The notes beneath the pieces were generated by a model, which saw nothing but the letters and a program-made list of their open reading frames with translations, had not been told where the DNA came from and ran no database searches. A stretch of DNA of 64,000 nucleotides from an uncultured bacterium. GTDB lineage: Bacteria; Omnitrophota; Gorgyraeia; Zapsychrales; Aceulaceae. Shown here piece by piece: positions 27,264 through 37,204 of the stretch. The DNA is taken from NCBI GenBank assembly GCA_937930175.1, contig CALGLP010000022.1, positions 66,585 through 130,584 of the forward strand, read 5' to 3'. The position numbers and the translations under genes are program-made. Positions within the stretch are counted from its first letter, which is position 1. Every line of letters begins with the position of its first letter.

Positions 27264-27713
27264 ATGGAAATTACAGAGATCAGGGTTTTTTTAAAAGATG
27301 GCCAGGATAAAAAACTTAAAGCTTATGCGACGGTAACATTTGACAATTGTTTTGTTGTGAGAAATATCAAGGTCATTCATTCGGCCAATGGTTTTTTTAT
27401 GGCGATGCCGTCTCGGAAAACAAAATTTTCTTGTCCAAAATGCAATTTTAAGAATGAAGCTGGTAGTAAATTTTGCAACTATTGTGGGGCAAAGTTGCCT
27501 TTGCAGGAGCCATCGGTTAAGCCTAAAGATGCCAAGGCTGATCATCGGGATATTGCGCATCCGGTGACTAAAGAATTTCGTGATTATTTGCAGAAAAAGG
27601 TTCTAGAAGCCTATGAACAGCAAGCCGCCAAGGGAGAATCATCTCCTGTGGAAGTCTCTGGGGTTGAGGAGATTCATGATGCTGGCGATATTGCGGATGA
27701 TGATGTTTTGTAA
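27264..27713 (+). CDS. spoVG: SpoVG-family protein with a zinc-ribbon insertion and C-terminal acidic tail
   Basis: MEITEIRVFL...YATVTFDNCFVVRNIKVI..NGFFMAMPSRKT...DIAHPVT is the canonical SpoVG core; GGAGG ribosome-binding site 8 nt upstream of ATG 27264. The ORF track begins at ATG 27246 (MKEEAA...). Confidence 0.85.
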   Translation: MEITEIRVFLKDGQDKKLKAYATVTFDNCFVVRNIKVIHSANGFFMAMPSRKTKFSCPKCNFKNEAGSKFCNYCGAKLPLQEPSVKPKDAKADHRDIAHPVTKEFRDYLQKKVLEAYEQQAAKGESSPVEVSGVEEIHDAGDIADDDVL

Positions 27714-27722
27714 ATGATTTAT

Positions 27723-27794
27723 TGCCCGGTGGTGTAATCGGCAACACAGCAGAATTTGGATCTGCTTTTCCAGGTTCGAGTCCTGGCTGGGCAG
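27723..27794 (+). tRNA. tRNA-Gln (anticodon UUG)
   Basis: Manual fold: 7-bp acceptor stem (U1:A71, one G.U), D-stem GTGT/ACAC, anticodon stem GCAGA/TCTGC with loop A-T-TTG-G-A, 4-nt variable loop, T-stem CCAGG/CCTGG with loop TTCGAGT, discriminator G; CCA not encoded. Confidence 0.85.
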
Positions 27795-27812
27795 TTAATA
27801 TTTAGGGCGGGG

Positions 27813-29075
27813 ATGATGGCGCAACCACGAGTGATTATTTTAGCCGCAGGCAAGGGGACGCGGATGAAATCCGATATGCCCAAGGTGTTGCATCCTCTAT
27901 GCGGCAAGGCCATGATCGATTATGTGTTGGATGTTGCACGCTCAAGTAGTTCTTTGATATATGTGGTGTTAGGGCATCAAAGCCAGGCTGTGAAGGCACA
28001 TCTATCTGCGCAAGTAATGGTTATTTATCAGAAAAAGCTTTTAGGCACGGCCGATGCTATCAGGGCTGTTGCGTCAAAATTAAAAGGCTACCGTGGCGAT
28101 GTTGTTATTTTGTCTGGGGATGCGCCGTTGCTCAGAAAAGAAAGTCTCAAGTGCTTGGTGCGCACGCATCAGCAATCCAAGGCTGCATGCACGGTTGTAA
28201 CGGTTGAGCTTAAAAATCCAACTGGTTATGGCCGTGTGATGCGCGATTCCCGTGGTGATCCAAAAGCGATTTGTGAAGAAAAAGACGCGAGCGTTAATGA
28301 AAAACGCATTCAAGAAATTAATACAGGGATTTATTGCTTTAAGGCTCAGGCTTTGCTGGGTGGCTTAAAAAAGATTTCGTTAAATGCCAAGAAAAAAGAA
28401 TATTATTTAACCGATATCATTGCGATTTTGGTAAATCAGGGACAGAAGATTTCTGCGATGATGCTCAAAGATGTTGAGGAAGGGCTTGGCATTAATACGC
28501 GAAAAGATTTAGCCATGGCTGATGCGGTTATGCGCGGGCGTATTTTAGATCGATTGATGCAGGAGGGCGTAAGCATTGTTGATCCGCAAACAACATATAT
28601 TGATGCGAACGTTAAGATTGGCCGAGATACGGTTATTCGTCCCTGTACCGTGATTGAAAGCAATGTAGTCATTGGTCGAAGATGTTCAATTGGCCCGTTT
28701 TGCCACTTGCGTCCCAAGACGCACATCAAGGATGAGGCGTGTGTTGGTAATTTTGCTGAAGTTTCGCGTTCTACTCTTGGGCCTAGAAGCTTGATGAAGC
28801 ATTTTAGTTTTTTAGGTGATGCGACCGTGGGTCCGGATGTCAATATTGGCGCAGGTGTTGTGACCGCCAATTATGATGGGAAAAATAAAAACAAGACTAT
28901 GATTGCCCAGGGAGCCTTTATCGGGTCGGATTCGATTTTGGTTGCTCCTGTGACGATTGGGGAAAAGGCTGTGACGGGTGCTGGCTGTGTCGTGACAAAA
29001 GGGAAAAGAGTTCCTAAGGGTCAAATCATCTTAGGAGTGCCAGGAAAAATATTAAAAAGAGGGAAGCGTTTATGA
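27813..29075 (+). CDS. glmU: Bifunctional UDP-N-acetylglucosamine pyrophosphorylase / glucosamine-1-phosphate N-acetyltransferase
   Basis: N-terminal LAAGKGTRMKS nucleotidyltransferase motif and C-terminal left-handed beta-helix hexapeptide repeats. The ORF-track start at 27756 would overlap the tRNA, so the start is placed at MMAQPRV. Confidence 0.9.
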   Translation: MMAQPRVIILAAGKGTRMKSDMPKVLHPLCGKAMIDYVLDVARSSSSLIYVVLGHQSQAVKAHLSAQVMVIYQKKLLGTADAIRAVASKLKGYRGDVVILSGDAPLLRKESLKCLVRTHQQSKAACTVVTVELKNPTGYGRVMRDSRGDPKAICEEKDASVNEKRIQEINTGIYCFKAQALLGGLKKISLNAKKKEYYLTDIIAILVNQGQKISAMMLKDVEEGLGINTRKDLAMADAVMRGRILDRLMQEGVSIVDPQTTYIDANVKIGRDTVIRPCTVIESNVVIGRRCSIGPFCHLRPKTHIKDEACVGNFAEVSRSTLGPRSLMKHFSFLGDATVGPDVNIGAGVVTANYDGKNKNKTMIAQGAFIGSDSILVAPVTIGEKAVTGAGCVVTKGKRVPKGQIILGVPGKILKRGKRL

Positions 29076-30010
29076 GCGAAATATCTATTATTACCGGTAA
29101 TGCGAATCCTCTGTTAGCGAAAGAAATTTGTGATCAGCTTGGCATTAAGTTGACGGAAGCCTTAGTGAGTCGTTTTAGTGAAGGGGAAATCCGTGTCAAG
29201 GTTGAGGGCAATGTGCGCGGCAAAGATGTTTTTATTATTCAGCCGACTTGTCGACCGGTGAATGATAATTTTATGGAGCTTCTTATTTTGATTGACGCCG
29301 TCAAAAGGGCATCGGCAAGGCGTGTGACTGCGGTGATCCCTTATTATGGATATGCGCGTCAAGATAGAAAAGATCAACCCCGTGTTCCGATCACGGCGAA
29401 GCTTGTGGCGAATCTCATTACATCGGCAGGGGCGAATCGTGTTTTGACCATGGATTTGCACGCGAGCCAGATCCAAGGGTTTTTTGATATTCCGGTAGAT
29501 CATTTGTATGCAATTAATACGATTTGTGAATATTTTTCAGAAAAGCAGATGAAGGATCTCGTTGTTGCTTCGCCTGATGCTGGTGGCATTCGGATGGCGC
29601 GCGCGTATGCAAAAAAATTATCAGCAGGGCTTGCAATTGTTGATAAAAGGCGCGATAGTCCCGAGAAGACGGAGGTCATGCATATTTTGGGTGATGTTAA
29701 GGGTAAGCATGTTATCCTTGTGGACGATATTATTGCGACAGGGAGCTCTGTGATGGAGGCGATTGAAGAATTAAAAAAGCGTGGTGCAAACGATGTCTAT
29801 GCAGCGGTAAGCCATGGCGTTCTTTCGGGGAATGCGCTTGAAAAGATCAGTAGTTCTAAAGCTTTAAAAGAAGTGGTGATCACAAACAGCATTCCGCTTC
29901 CGGAACCTGAGAAAAATACAAAAATTAAAGTTTTAAGCATTGCCTCGTTGTTGGCAGAGGCGATTAAGCGTATTCACGAAGAAAAATCGATCAGTTGTTT
30001 ATTTTTCTAG
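29072..30010 (+). CDS. prs: Ribose-phosphate pyrophosphokinase
   Basis: ITGNANPLLAKEI..., the PRPP-binding motif VILVDDIIATGSS, and ~312 aa length. Confidence 0.95.
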   Translation: MSEISIITGNANPLLAKEICDQLGIKLTEALVSRFSEGEIRVKVEGNVRGKDVFIIQPTCRPVNDNFMELLILIDAVKRASARRVTAVIPYYGYARQDRKDQPRVPITAKLVANLITSAGANRVLTMDLHASQIQGFFDIPVDHLYAINTICEYFSEKQMKDLVVASPDAGGIRMARAYAKKLSAGLAIVDKRRDSPEKTEVMHILGDVKGKHVILVDDIIATGSSVMEAIEELKKRGANDVYAAVSHGVLSGNALEKISSSKALKEVVITNSIPLPEPEKNTKIKVLSIASLLAEAIKRIHEEKSISCLFF

Positions 30011-30058
30011 TGAAGCAAATGACACGAACCATCAATCAAAGAAGGTAGGCATTACATC

Positions 30059-30757
30059 ATGGAAGAAATTAAACTCGATGTTCAGGTCCGATCAGAACTC
30101 GGAAAATCAGGAGCACAAAAAGTCCGTCTCGCTAATGGGATCCCGGGAATTGTTTATGGTGGAAAATTGAAACCAACCACAGTAACGATTGATCGTAAGA
30201 CGTTTGAGAAGATCATGCGCGTTCATCACGGGGAGAGCCTTATTTTTCATATCGCGGTGATGGAAAAAGAAAAAGCAGCGCAAGATTTCTTTGCGGTCAT
30301 CAAGGAGCTTCAGCATGATCCGGTTGGCGATCACGTGACCCATGTTGATTTTGTACGTATTTCTCTTAAGGAAAAAATTGAAGTTAAGGTTCCTGTGATG
30401 GCCCAAGGAGAACCGTTGGGTGTTAAAAAAGACGGAGGATCTCTTGAGCATCACCTGTGGGAGCTTAAGATCGTTTGTTTGCCTACGCAGATTCCGCAGC
30501 ATATCGATGTGGATGTCTCGGCGCTTGAGATCAACCAATCCGTTTTAGTGAAAGACCTTGTGTTGCCTGAGGGTGTTATGGCGCATCATGATCCAGAAAC
30601 GATCGTGCTGACTGTTGTTCCGCCGATGAAAGAAGAATCGGCTAAGCCGGCCGAAGAAGCAGGCCCTCAAGAGCCTGAAGTCACCAAGGAGAAGAAAGAA
30701 AAGAAGGAAGAGGCTGCTCCAGCAGCGGAAGCGCCAGCTGCCAAGAAAAAAGATTAA
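30059..30757 (+). CDS. rplY: 50S ribosomal protein L25 / general stress protein Ctc
   Basis: Ctc-type L25 with two beta-barrel domains and a K/E/A-rich C-terminal tail. Confidence 0.9.
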   Translation: MEEIKLDVQVRSELGKSGAQKVRLANGIPGIVYGGKLKPTTVTIDRKTFEKIMRVHHGESLIFHIAVMEKEKAAQDFFAVIKELQHDPVGDHVTHVDFVRISLKEKIEVKVPVMAQGEPLGVKKDGGSLEHHLWELKIVCLPTQIPQHIDVDVSALEINQSVLVKDLVLPEGVMAHHDPETIVLTVVPPMKEESAKPAEEAGPQEPEVTKEKKEKKEEAAPAAEAPAAKKKD

Positions 30758-30772
30758 CGAAAGTGCTTCGTT

Positions 30773-31372
30773 TTGGTTAATGATTATTTGTTGGTAGGCT
30801 TAGGGAATCCTGGAAAAGAGTACGTGGGCACGCGGCATAATTTTGGTTTTTTGGCTGTGTCCCATTTTGCAGATCTTTATCAAATTGAGTTCGTAAAGAG
30901 CGCTAAATATCATGGGTTGGTGGGCTCTGGGACGGTCGAAGGAAAGAAAGTTTATCTTCTTTTGCCCTTAACGTATATGAATGTTTCTGGCGTTGCGGTT
31001 TGTGCCATGGTTAAAGATAAAGGTATTCCGCTTGCGAACGTGCTTGTTTTGTGTGATGATTTTCATCTTGATTTTGGCGAGATCCGTATCCGTCCCCAGG
31101 GAAGCTCTGGCGGGCACAATGGATTGACCTCTGTTTTTGAGCATTTGGGTAGCAAGGAGATCGCTCGTTTGAGGCTAGGAATTGGGGCGCCTCAAGAGAA
31201 AAGTCAAGTTACGGATTTTGTTCTTTCAGGATTTAAAGCCGGAGAAAGGAAGAGGCTTCCCGAAGTTGTTGCAGAAGCTGCAGATTGTTGCCACGTTTTC
31301 TTGAAAGAGGGGATTAGTCAAGCAATGACGCGTTTTAACAAAAGGAGTAAAAAAGAGGAAGAAAAAGAATGA
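30773..31372 (+). CDS. pth: Peptidyl-tRNA hydrolase (start is a TTG; 30773, 30788 and 30791 are all candidates)
   Basis: LLVGLGNPGKEY..TRHNFGF and the later HNG motif are classic Pth signatures. Confidence 0.9.
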   Translation: MVNDYLLVGLGNPGKEYVGTRHNFGFLAVSHFADLYQIEFVKSAKYHGLVGSGTVEGKKVYLLLPLTYMNVSGVAVCAMVKDKGIPLANVLVLCDDFHLDFGEIRIRPQGSSGGHNGLTSVFEHLGSKEIARLRLGIGAPQEKSQVTDFVLSGFKAGERKRLPEVVAEAADCCHVFLKEGISQAMTRFNKRSKKEEEKE

Positions 31373-31656
31373 GAAAATATGAATTGGTTGTGATCGTGGA
31401 TGCTTTACCCACAAAGGAAGAAAAAGATGTGATTATGAAAAAGGCGACCGATGCCATTATTAAGAGTGGTGGTAAGGTGATTAATAACCAGCTATGGCTT
31501 GCTAAGCAAAAGTTTGCCTTCAAGATCAAGCGCCGGACGGAAGGAACGTATTATGTTGTGAATATTGAGGCTGAGCCAAGCGCTGTCTTGAAGATTCGCC
31601 AAGCCTTAGGCCTCGTGGAAGAAGTTCTTCGTTTTGAAGTGATTAAAATTGATTAG
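31369..31656 (+). CDS. rpsF: 30S ribosomal protein S6
   Basis: MRKYELVVIVD...; 95 aa; synteny rpsF-ssb-rpsR. Confidence 0.9.
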   Translation: MRKYELVVIVDALPTKEEKDVIMKKATDAIIKSGGKVINNQLWLAKQKFAFKIKRRTEGTYYVVNIEAEPSAVLKIRQALGLVEEVLRFEVIKID

Positions 31657-31686
31657 AAGAAAGATTTAGGAAGGAGTAACAAAATT

Positions 31687-32121
31687 ATGGCGAGTTTAAA
31701 TAAAGTTTTGTTGATCGGGAATTTAACTAAAGATCCTGAGTTGCGCTACACCCCCAATGGTATTGCTGTGGTCAATTTACGTATTGCAGTGAATCGTCGC
31801 TTTCGTGATCGCGCGTCAGGCGAACTTAAAGAAGAAACTTGTTTTATTACAGTGACAGCGTGGGATAAGCAAGCGGAGGCGTGCAATCAATATTTAAAAA
31901 AAGGGAGCCCGATTTTTGTCGAAGGGACATTGCAATCACGTTCGTGGGAGACCCAAGATAAGCAGAAGCGAAGCACGATCGAAGTGAGGGCCGAACGCGT
32001 TCAGTTTTTAGGATCGTCCAAAGACTCTTCAGCTAAGACGGTTGAGGATGTTGGAGGCGTTGTTGAGGAGAGTGCAAAGCCTGAGAATATTTCTTGGGAT
32101 GAAGAAGAAAACGTTGCTTAA
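31687..32121 (+). CDS. ssb: Single-stranded DNA-binding protein
   Basis: OB-fold N-terminus NKVLLIGNLTKDPELRYTPNG.AV and an acidic C-terminal tail ending DEEENVA. Confidence 0.9.
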   Translation: MASLNKVLLIGNLTKDPELRYTPNGIAVVNLRIAVNRRFRDRASGELKEETCFITVTAWDKQAEACNQYLKKGSPIFVEGTLQSRSWETQDKQKRSTIEVRAERVQFLGSSKDSSAKTVEDVGGVVEESAKPENISWDEEENVA

Positions 32122-32139
32122 CAAAGGATAGGAAAGAAT

Positions 32140-32406
32140 ATGCGAGAAAAAAGAAAATATGATAAAAAAGATAAAGAACGAAAACCGCGAAGAACGCATA
32201 CGCGACCGCCACCCTTGACGCCAGAAATCAAGATTGATTATAAAAACCTAGAGTTGCTGCATAAAGTGATGGCGCCCAATGGGCGCATTTTGTCTCAGCG
32301 TTTTACCGGGGCAACATGCAAGCAGCAGCGCGAACTGACTCAGGCGATTAAAAGGGCTAAATATCTGGCCTTGTTGTCCGTTGGGTCTTCAAGAAAGAGG
32401 TTTTAG
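32140..32406 (+). CDS. rpsR: 30S ribosomal protein S18
   Basis: IDYKNLELLHKVMAPNGRILSQRFTG...QRELTQAIKRAKYLALL. Confidence 0.9.
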   Translation: MREKRKYDKKDKERKPRRTHTRPPPLTPEIKIDYKNLELLHKVMAPNGRILSQRFTGATCKQQRELTQAIKRAKYLALLSVGSSRKRF

Positions 32407-32408
32407 TT

Positions 32409-32852
32409 ATGAAAGTTATTTTATCGCAAGATGTTCCTAAAGTGGGAAAGATTGGTGATGTGGTGACCGTAAAAGAGGGGTTTGCGAGAAACTTTTTGCT
32501 TCCCCAGAAAAAGGCGTATGTTGCCAGCGCTGATAATTTAAAGCGGATTGATCAGCTCAAGGCGAAACAAAAAATAGAGGCGGATCGTGTTAAAAAAGAA
32601 GCGGAAGATTTTGCCAAGAAGCTTTCCGCGGTTTCCTGTACAGTGAGCGTGGAAGTCAATGATCTTGAAAAGCTTTATGGTGCGGTGAGTGAAGCTGAGA
32701 TTATCAAAGCACTCAAGGATGAAGGTTTTGATATTGATAAAAAGATGCTTGTCATCGACAAGCCTTTGGAAGAATTAGGCATTTTTGAAGTTGGCGTTAA
32801 GGTTCATGCAGACGTGATAGCTAAGATCAAAGTATGGGTGACCAAGAAATAA
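32409..32852 (+). CDS. rplI: 50S ribosomal protein L9
   Basis: MKVILSQDVPKVGKIGDVVTVKEGFARNFL; 147 aa. Confidence 0.9.
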   Translation: MKVILSQDVPKVGKIGDVVTVKEGFARNFLLPQKKAYVASADNLKRIDQLKAKQKIEADRVKKEAEDFAKKLSAVSCTVSVEVNDLEKLYGAVSEAEIIKALKDEGFDIDKKMLVIDKPLEELGIFEVGVKVHADVIAKIKVWVTKK

Positions 32853-34216
32853 AGTTCGCCGCTAGGCCGAAGGATGCTCCGCTACTTGATTATGAAGGAA
32901 AAGTTGCTCCTCAGAATCTTGAAGCGGAAAAATCTGTTTTGGGATCTATGATCATTGATCAGGATGCTATCGGCGTTGCTGTTGAGATTTTAGATGAACA
33001 TTGTTTTTATACGTCTGTTCATCAGAAAATCTTTTTTGTGATCTTGAAGCTTTATAATGATCGTAAAAACGTTGATTTGATTACGCTTTCTGACGAACTT
33101 AAGACACAAGGGATCCTGGATGATGTTGGTGGCGTTAGTTATTTAACGTTGTTGATCGATCTTGTTCCTTCGGCGGCCAATGTCGAATATTACGCGGGCA
33201 TTGTTAAAGAAAAAAGTATTCAGCGTCAGCTGATCCGTAATGCAACCCAGATTTTAAATGAAAGCTATAACCCGGGTGCTGATGTTGACGAACTCGTGGA
33301 CAGCGCGGAAAATCTTATTTTTCAGATTGCCACGGCCCGCGAGCGCCAAAAAGCTGTTCACATTAAAGAGCTTATTAAGCAAACCATTCAGACGATCGAC
33401 ACGCTTTATCAGAAGAAAGAATATGTTACGGGGATCTCAACGGGGTTTATTGAGTTTGATAAGATCACCTCAGGGCTTCAGAAGTCCGATCTGATTATTG
33501 TGGCTGGCCGTCCATCCATGGGAAAAAGCTCTTGGGCTATGAACGTCGCAGAATACGCGGCCATTGAACACAAGTCGAGCGTGGCGATCTTTAGTCTTGA
33601 AATGTCCAAAGAGCAACTTGTTCAGCGCATGCTTTGTTCCCATGCTCGCGTGGATGCCCATAAGGTCCGTACAGGATTTTTGCTTCCTTCAGATTGGCCA
33701 AAGTTGACCGCTGCGGCAGGAAAACTTTCTGCGGCTCCGGTGTTTATTGATGATACGCCCGCGATTTCGGTTTTGGAGTTGCGCACCAAAGCGCGACGAT
33801 TAAAAGCAGCCCATGATATTGATCTTGTCATTGTTGATTATTTGCAGCTGATGCGCGGTCCGCAACGTACCGATAATCGTCAGCAGGAAATTTCTGATAT
33901 CTCGCGCTCGCTTAAGGCTTTGGCGCGCGAGATCCAAGTTCCCATTATTGCGATTAGCCAGTTGTCTCGTGCTGTGGAAAGTCGCCAGGACCATCGTCCG
34001 CAACTATCGGATCTGCGTGAGTCTGGGGCCATTGAGCAGGATGCGGATTTAGTTGTGTTGTTGATGCGTGAAGAATATTATTTTCCAACCGAAGAAAACA
34101 AAGGTATTGCGGAGTTGATTATCGCAAAGCAGCGCAACGGTCCGACGGGAAACATCAAAACAACATTTATCAAAGAATATATGAAGTTTGAAAACCTATC
34201 ACGCAGCTCAGAATAA
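32834..34216 (+). CDS. dnaB: Replicative DNA helicase
   Basis: DnaB N-terminal domain (PQNLEAEKSVLGSMI), Walker A GRPSMGKSSWAMN, Walker B LVIVDYLQLM and the arginine finger region. Confidence 0.95.
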   Translation: MGDQEIKFAARPKDAPLLDYEGKVAPQNLEAEKSVLGSMIIDQDAIGVAVEILDEHCFYTSVHQKIFFVILKLYNDRKNVDLITLSDELKTQGILDDVGGVSYLTLLIDLVPSAANVEYYAGIVKEKSIQRQLIRNATQILNESYNPGADVDELVDSAENLIFQIATARERQKAVHIKELIKQTIQTIDTLYQKKEYVTGISTGFIEFDKITSGLQKSDLIIVAGRPSMGKSSWAMNVAEYAAIEHKSSVAIFSLEMSKEQLVQRMLCSHARVDAHKVRTGFLLPSDWPKLTAAAGKLSAAPVFIDDTPAISVLELRTKARRLKAAHDIDLVIVDYLQLMRGPQRTDNRQQEISDISRSLKALAREIQVPIIAISQLSRAVESRQDHRPQLSDLRESGAIEQDADLVVLLMREEYYFPTEENKGIAELIIAKQRNGPTGNIKTTFIKEYMKFENLSRSSE

Positions 34217-34229
34217 AAAGGGAGAGACT

Positions 34230-36668
34230 ATGAAGAAGATTTGGCTTGTCATGGTGTGTTGTTTAGGATTGAGTGTTGCATCGCTTGGGTTTGCGCAAGA
34301 ACAAATCTCTGCCGATCAGGATGCCCTTGAGCCGCAAGCGGTGTCAGAGTCTCAGACCACAGTTCCATTAGCTACGCAAGGCGAAGTCCCTGAGCCCCAA
34401 AAGACATCGATTAAACCTGCCTTGACCGCCGAGGTTTTTCGTTCTGAATCTGGAAAGATTGTTAAGGTGATTGATGTTACAGGGAACAAGACAATTGGAA
34501 TGCCTGCGATTCTTGCCAAGATCAAGACACGGGTTGGGGATATCTATTCGTCTAATGTGATTAGTGATGATATCAAGCGTCTTTATAATACGGGGTATTT
34601 TGATGATGTTACCGTGGAGAGCGAAGATGTGGAAGGGGGGCTTAAGGTCAAGGTTAATTTAGTTGAGAAATCTGTTATTAAGAAACTGACCTTTACTAAG
34701 ACGCGTTATTATAGTGAACGAGCGCTGACATTAAAGATTAAAAGTAAAAAGGGAAGATTTTTTGATCGTCGTAATCTGAAGGAAGATGAAAATATTATTA
34801 AAGATCTATATGCGAAGAAGGGTTTGACGAACGCGATGGTTCAAATTGAGACTGAAAAAGATGAAGTCAATAATGGTATTAATCTTCATTATATCATTAG
34901 CGAGGGAGAGCGGATTAAAATTAAAAAGGTTCAGTTTGCAGGTAATGCAGCGTTTCCTTATAAGAAGCTTATAAAAGTGATTAAGACGCGACCGGATAGT
35001 CTTTTTACCTCTGGGTATTTAAAACAGGATATTCTTGATGAGGATATGGATCGTCTAAAGGTTTTTTATGCTAACGAAGGATTCTTGGATGCCCGGGTAA
35101 GCTATAATCTTGAGCAAGCATCAGAAGCGAAGCTTTTTGTGAACATTCAAATCATTGAAGGAAAGCGTTATTATTTAGGACGCTTGGATATTGCGGGAAA
35201 CGATAAAGTCTTTTCCCAAGAAGAAATTCGTAAGGTTATTACAAGATTAAAGAGTGATGCGACCTTTACTCCTGAAAAACTTGAGAAAGACATTGCTGAC
35301 ATTAATTCGCTCTATTTTGATAAAGGCTATATTTTTGCATCGATTAAAGATTCTACGTCGATTAATGCGCAGACAGGTAAGGTGGATGTCCGTTTGAACA
35401 TTGTTGAGGGTGAGATTGCCTATGTTAATAAGGTTAAGGTTGAAGGAAATACGCGGACTCGTGATATTGTTATCCGCCGAGAAGTCCGTTTGAATCCTGG
35501 CGATACGTTTGATGGGACGAAGTTGCGCCGCACCAAGGAGCGTTTAAAGAATTTAGGGTATTTTGAAGAAGTGAATTATGATATTCAAGATACAAGCATA
35601 GAAAATAAAAAAGATCTCGTTGTGCAGGTCAAGGAAGCCAAGACAGGAAGTCTAAGCTTTGGGGGTGGATATAGCACAGTGGATCAGCTTGTCGGGTTTG
35701 TTGAGATCCAGCAAAAGAATTTTGATTTTACCAATTGGCCAAGCTTTACTGGTGGGGGGCAAAATTTGACGGCCCGAGGGGAAATAGGATCTACGCATAA
35801 CAATGGTACCTTGAGTTTTACGGAGCCATGGATCTTTGACATGCCGATTTCCGGAGGATTTGATCTTTATCACAATGAAATTTATCGGGAAGAAGACAAC
35901 GGTTATCCTTATGATGAAGTCCGCACCGGTTTTGATCTTCGTTTTGGCAAAGAGCTCCGAGAGTATTTGTCTGGCGGGATTGTGTATCGATTAGAAGAAA
36001 TTGAGCTAAGTGATTTTGCGTCTGATGTGAGTAGTGAGTTGAGGCGGGAAGAGGGAACAAATAACATTAGTAGTCTGAGTTTTAATCTGACCTATGACTC
36101 TCGCGATGATGTTTTTAATCCCAGCCGTGGGTTGGTTTTAGGTGGGACATTTGATATTGCTGGAGGGCTTTTAGGTGGTGATAAGGACTATTACCGCTTT
36201 AAAACAAAGACAAGCTATGATGTTCCGCTTATCGCAGGTTCTGTTTTGGAATTTCGCTTGCGCACAGGATTGATGGATTCTTACGATGATTCAACGTATG
36301 TTCCCGTCTATGAGCGTTTTTATGCAGGAGGTGCTTATACGATCCGCGGATACGATGAGCGTATGGTTGGCCCTCTGGATTCTCAGTCAAGAGATCCCAT
36401 TGGTGGTAACAGCATGGTGATTGGAAACATTGAGTATACGATCCCTGTTGTTGATTTTATTAAGCTGGCCGCTTTTTTTGATGTAGGTAATGTGTGGGCT
36501 GATATGAATGACTTTGGCCAGGGAGATTATAAGTCAGGCGCTGGGTTTGGGCTAAGGATCAAGACACCGATTGGTCCGATTAACCTTGATTATGGTTTTC
36601 CGTTTAATGATATTCCAGGAGAAGATAAAACAGGTAAATTTTATTTTAGTATTAGTCGGTCATTTTAA
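34230..36668 (+). CDS. bamA: Outer-membrane protein assembly factor BamA (POTRA repeats plus a 16-strand beta-barrel)
   Basis: Signal peptide; POTRA-like repeats; C-terminal barrel ending ...KFYFSISRSF (aromatic C-terminal residue). Ribosome-binding site AAGGGAGAG before ATG 34230; the ORF track begins at TTG 34188 inside the dnaB tail. Confidence 0.9.
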   Translation: MKKIWLVMVCCLGLSVASLGFAQEQISADQDALEPQAVSESQTTVPLATQGEVPEPQKTSIKPALTAEVFRSESGKIVKVIDVTGNKTIGMPAILAKIKTRVGDIYSSNVISDDIKRLYNTGYFDDVTVESEDVEGGLKVKVNLVEKSVIKKLTFTKTRYYSERALTLKIKSKKGRFFDRRNLKEDENIIKDLYAKKGLTNAMVQIETEKDEVNNGINLHYIISEGERIKIKKVQFAGNAAFPYKKLIKVIKTRPDSLFTSGYLKQDILDEDMDRLKVFYANEGFLDARVSYNLEQASEAKLFVNIQIIEGKRYYLGRLDIAGNDKVFSQEEIRKVITRLKSDATFTPEKLEKDIADINSLYFDKGYIFASIKDSTSINAQTGKVDVRLNIVEGEIAYVNKVKVEGNTRTRDIVIRREVRLNPGDTFDGTKLRRTKERLKNLGYFEEVNYDIQDTSIENKKDLVVQVKEAKTGSLSFGGGYSTVDQLVGFVEIQQKNFDFTNWPSFTGGGQNLTARGEIGSTHNNGTLSFTEPWIFDMPISGGFDLYHNEIYREEDNGYPYDEVRTGFDLRFGKELREYLSGGIVYRLEEIELSDFASDVSSELRREEGTNNISSLSFNLTYDSRDDVFNPSRGLVLGGTFDIAGGLLGGDKDYYRFKTKTSYDVPLIAGSVLEFRLRTGLMDSYDDSTYVPVYERFYAGGAYTIRGYDERMVGPLDSQSRDPIGGNSMVIGNIEYTIPVVDFIKLAAFFDVGNVWADMNDFGQGDYKSGAGFGLRIKTPIGPINLDYGFPFNDIPGEDKTGKFYFSISRSF

Positions 36669-36686
36669 CAATTTTAAGGAGGACGT

Positions 36687-37193
36687 ATGAAGAATAAATT
36701 TTTTACAGTTTGTTTAGTGACGTTTTTTATGTTTTGTTTGCCTGGGTCAATCTTTGCGCAGACGCCTTTGAAGATTGGATATGTGGGCCTAACGCGGGTG
36801 TTTGATCAATATAAGAAAACCGTTGATTATGATAAGGTTCTTGAGCAAAAAAGCACGGAATACAAAAAGCAGCTCAATGATATGGTTGCTAAAATTCAAG
36901 AAGCTGAGCGTAAGCTAACGCTTCTAAAAGAAGTTGAGCGTGCTAAGCTTGCGGAGCAGATGGAAAAAGACAAGGAAGCATTAAAGCAGTTTATGCAGAA
37001 GAATGAAACAGATTTGCGTAAAGATCGAGACGATAAAATTCGGGAGATTTTGCTTGAAATTGAAGGCGTTGTTAAAAATTATGCCCAAAAAGAAAAATAC
37101 GATATCATTTTAAATGATCGCGTTCTTATTTATGGCGCAGACACCCTTGACCTAACGCAAAAGATTCTTGATTTACTTAATGTTAAGAAATAA
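36687..37193 (+). CDS. skp: OmpH/Skp periplasmic chaperone
   Basis: Signal peptide followed by a ~150-aa coiled-coil protein, in the conserved position between bamA and lpxD. Confidence 0.8.
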   Translation: MKNKFFTVCLVTFFMFCLPGSIFAQTPLKIGYVGLTRVFDQYKKTVDYDKVLEQKSTEYKKQLNDMVAKIQEAERKLTLLKEVERAKLAEQMEKDKEALKQFMQKNETDLRKDRDDKIREILLEIEGVVKNYAQKEKYDIILNDRVLIYGADTLDLTQKILDLLNVKK

Positions 37194-37204
37194 TTCTTCT
37201 TTTT

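Noticed and set aside
27756-27812. The ORF-track N-terminal extension of glmU (MDLLFQVRVLAGQLIFRAG)
   Set aside because: It overlaps the 3' half of tRNA-Gln on the same strand; the conserved GlmU N-terminus begins at MMAQPRVIILAAGKG with its own ribosome-binding site.
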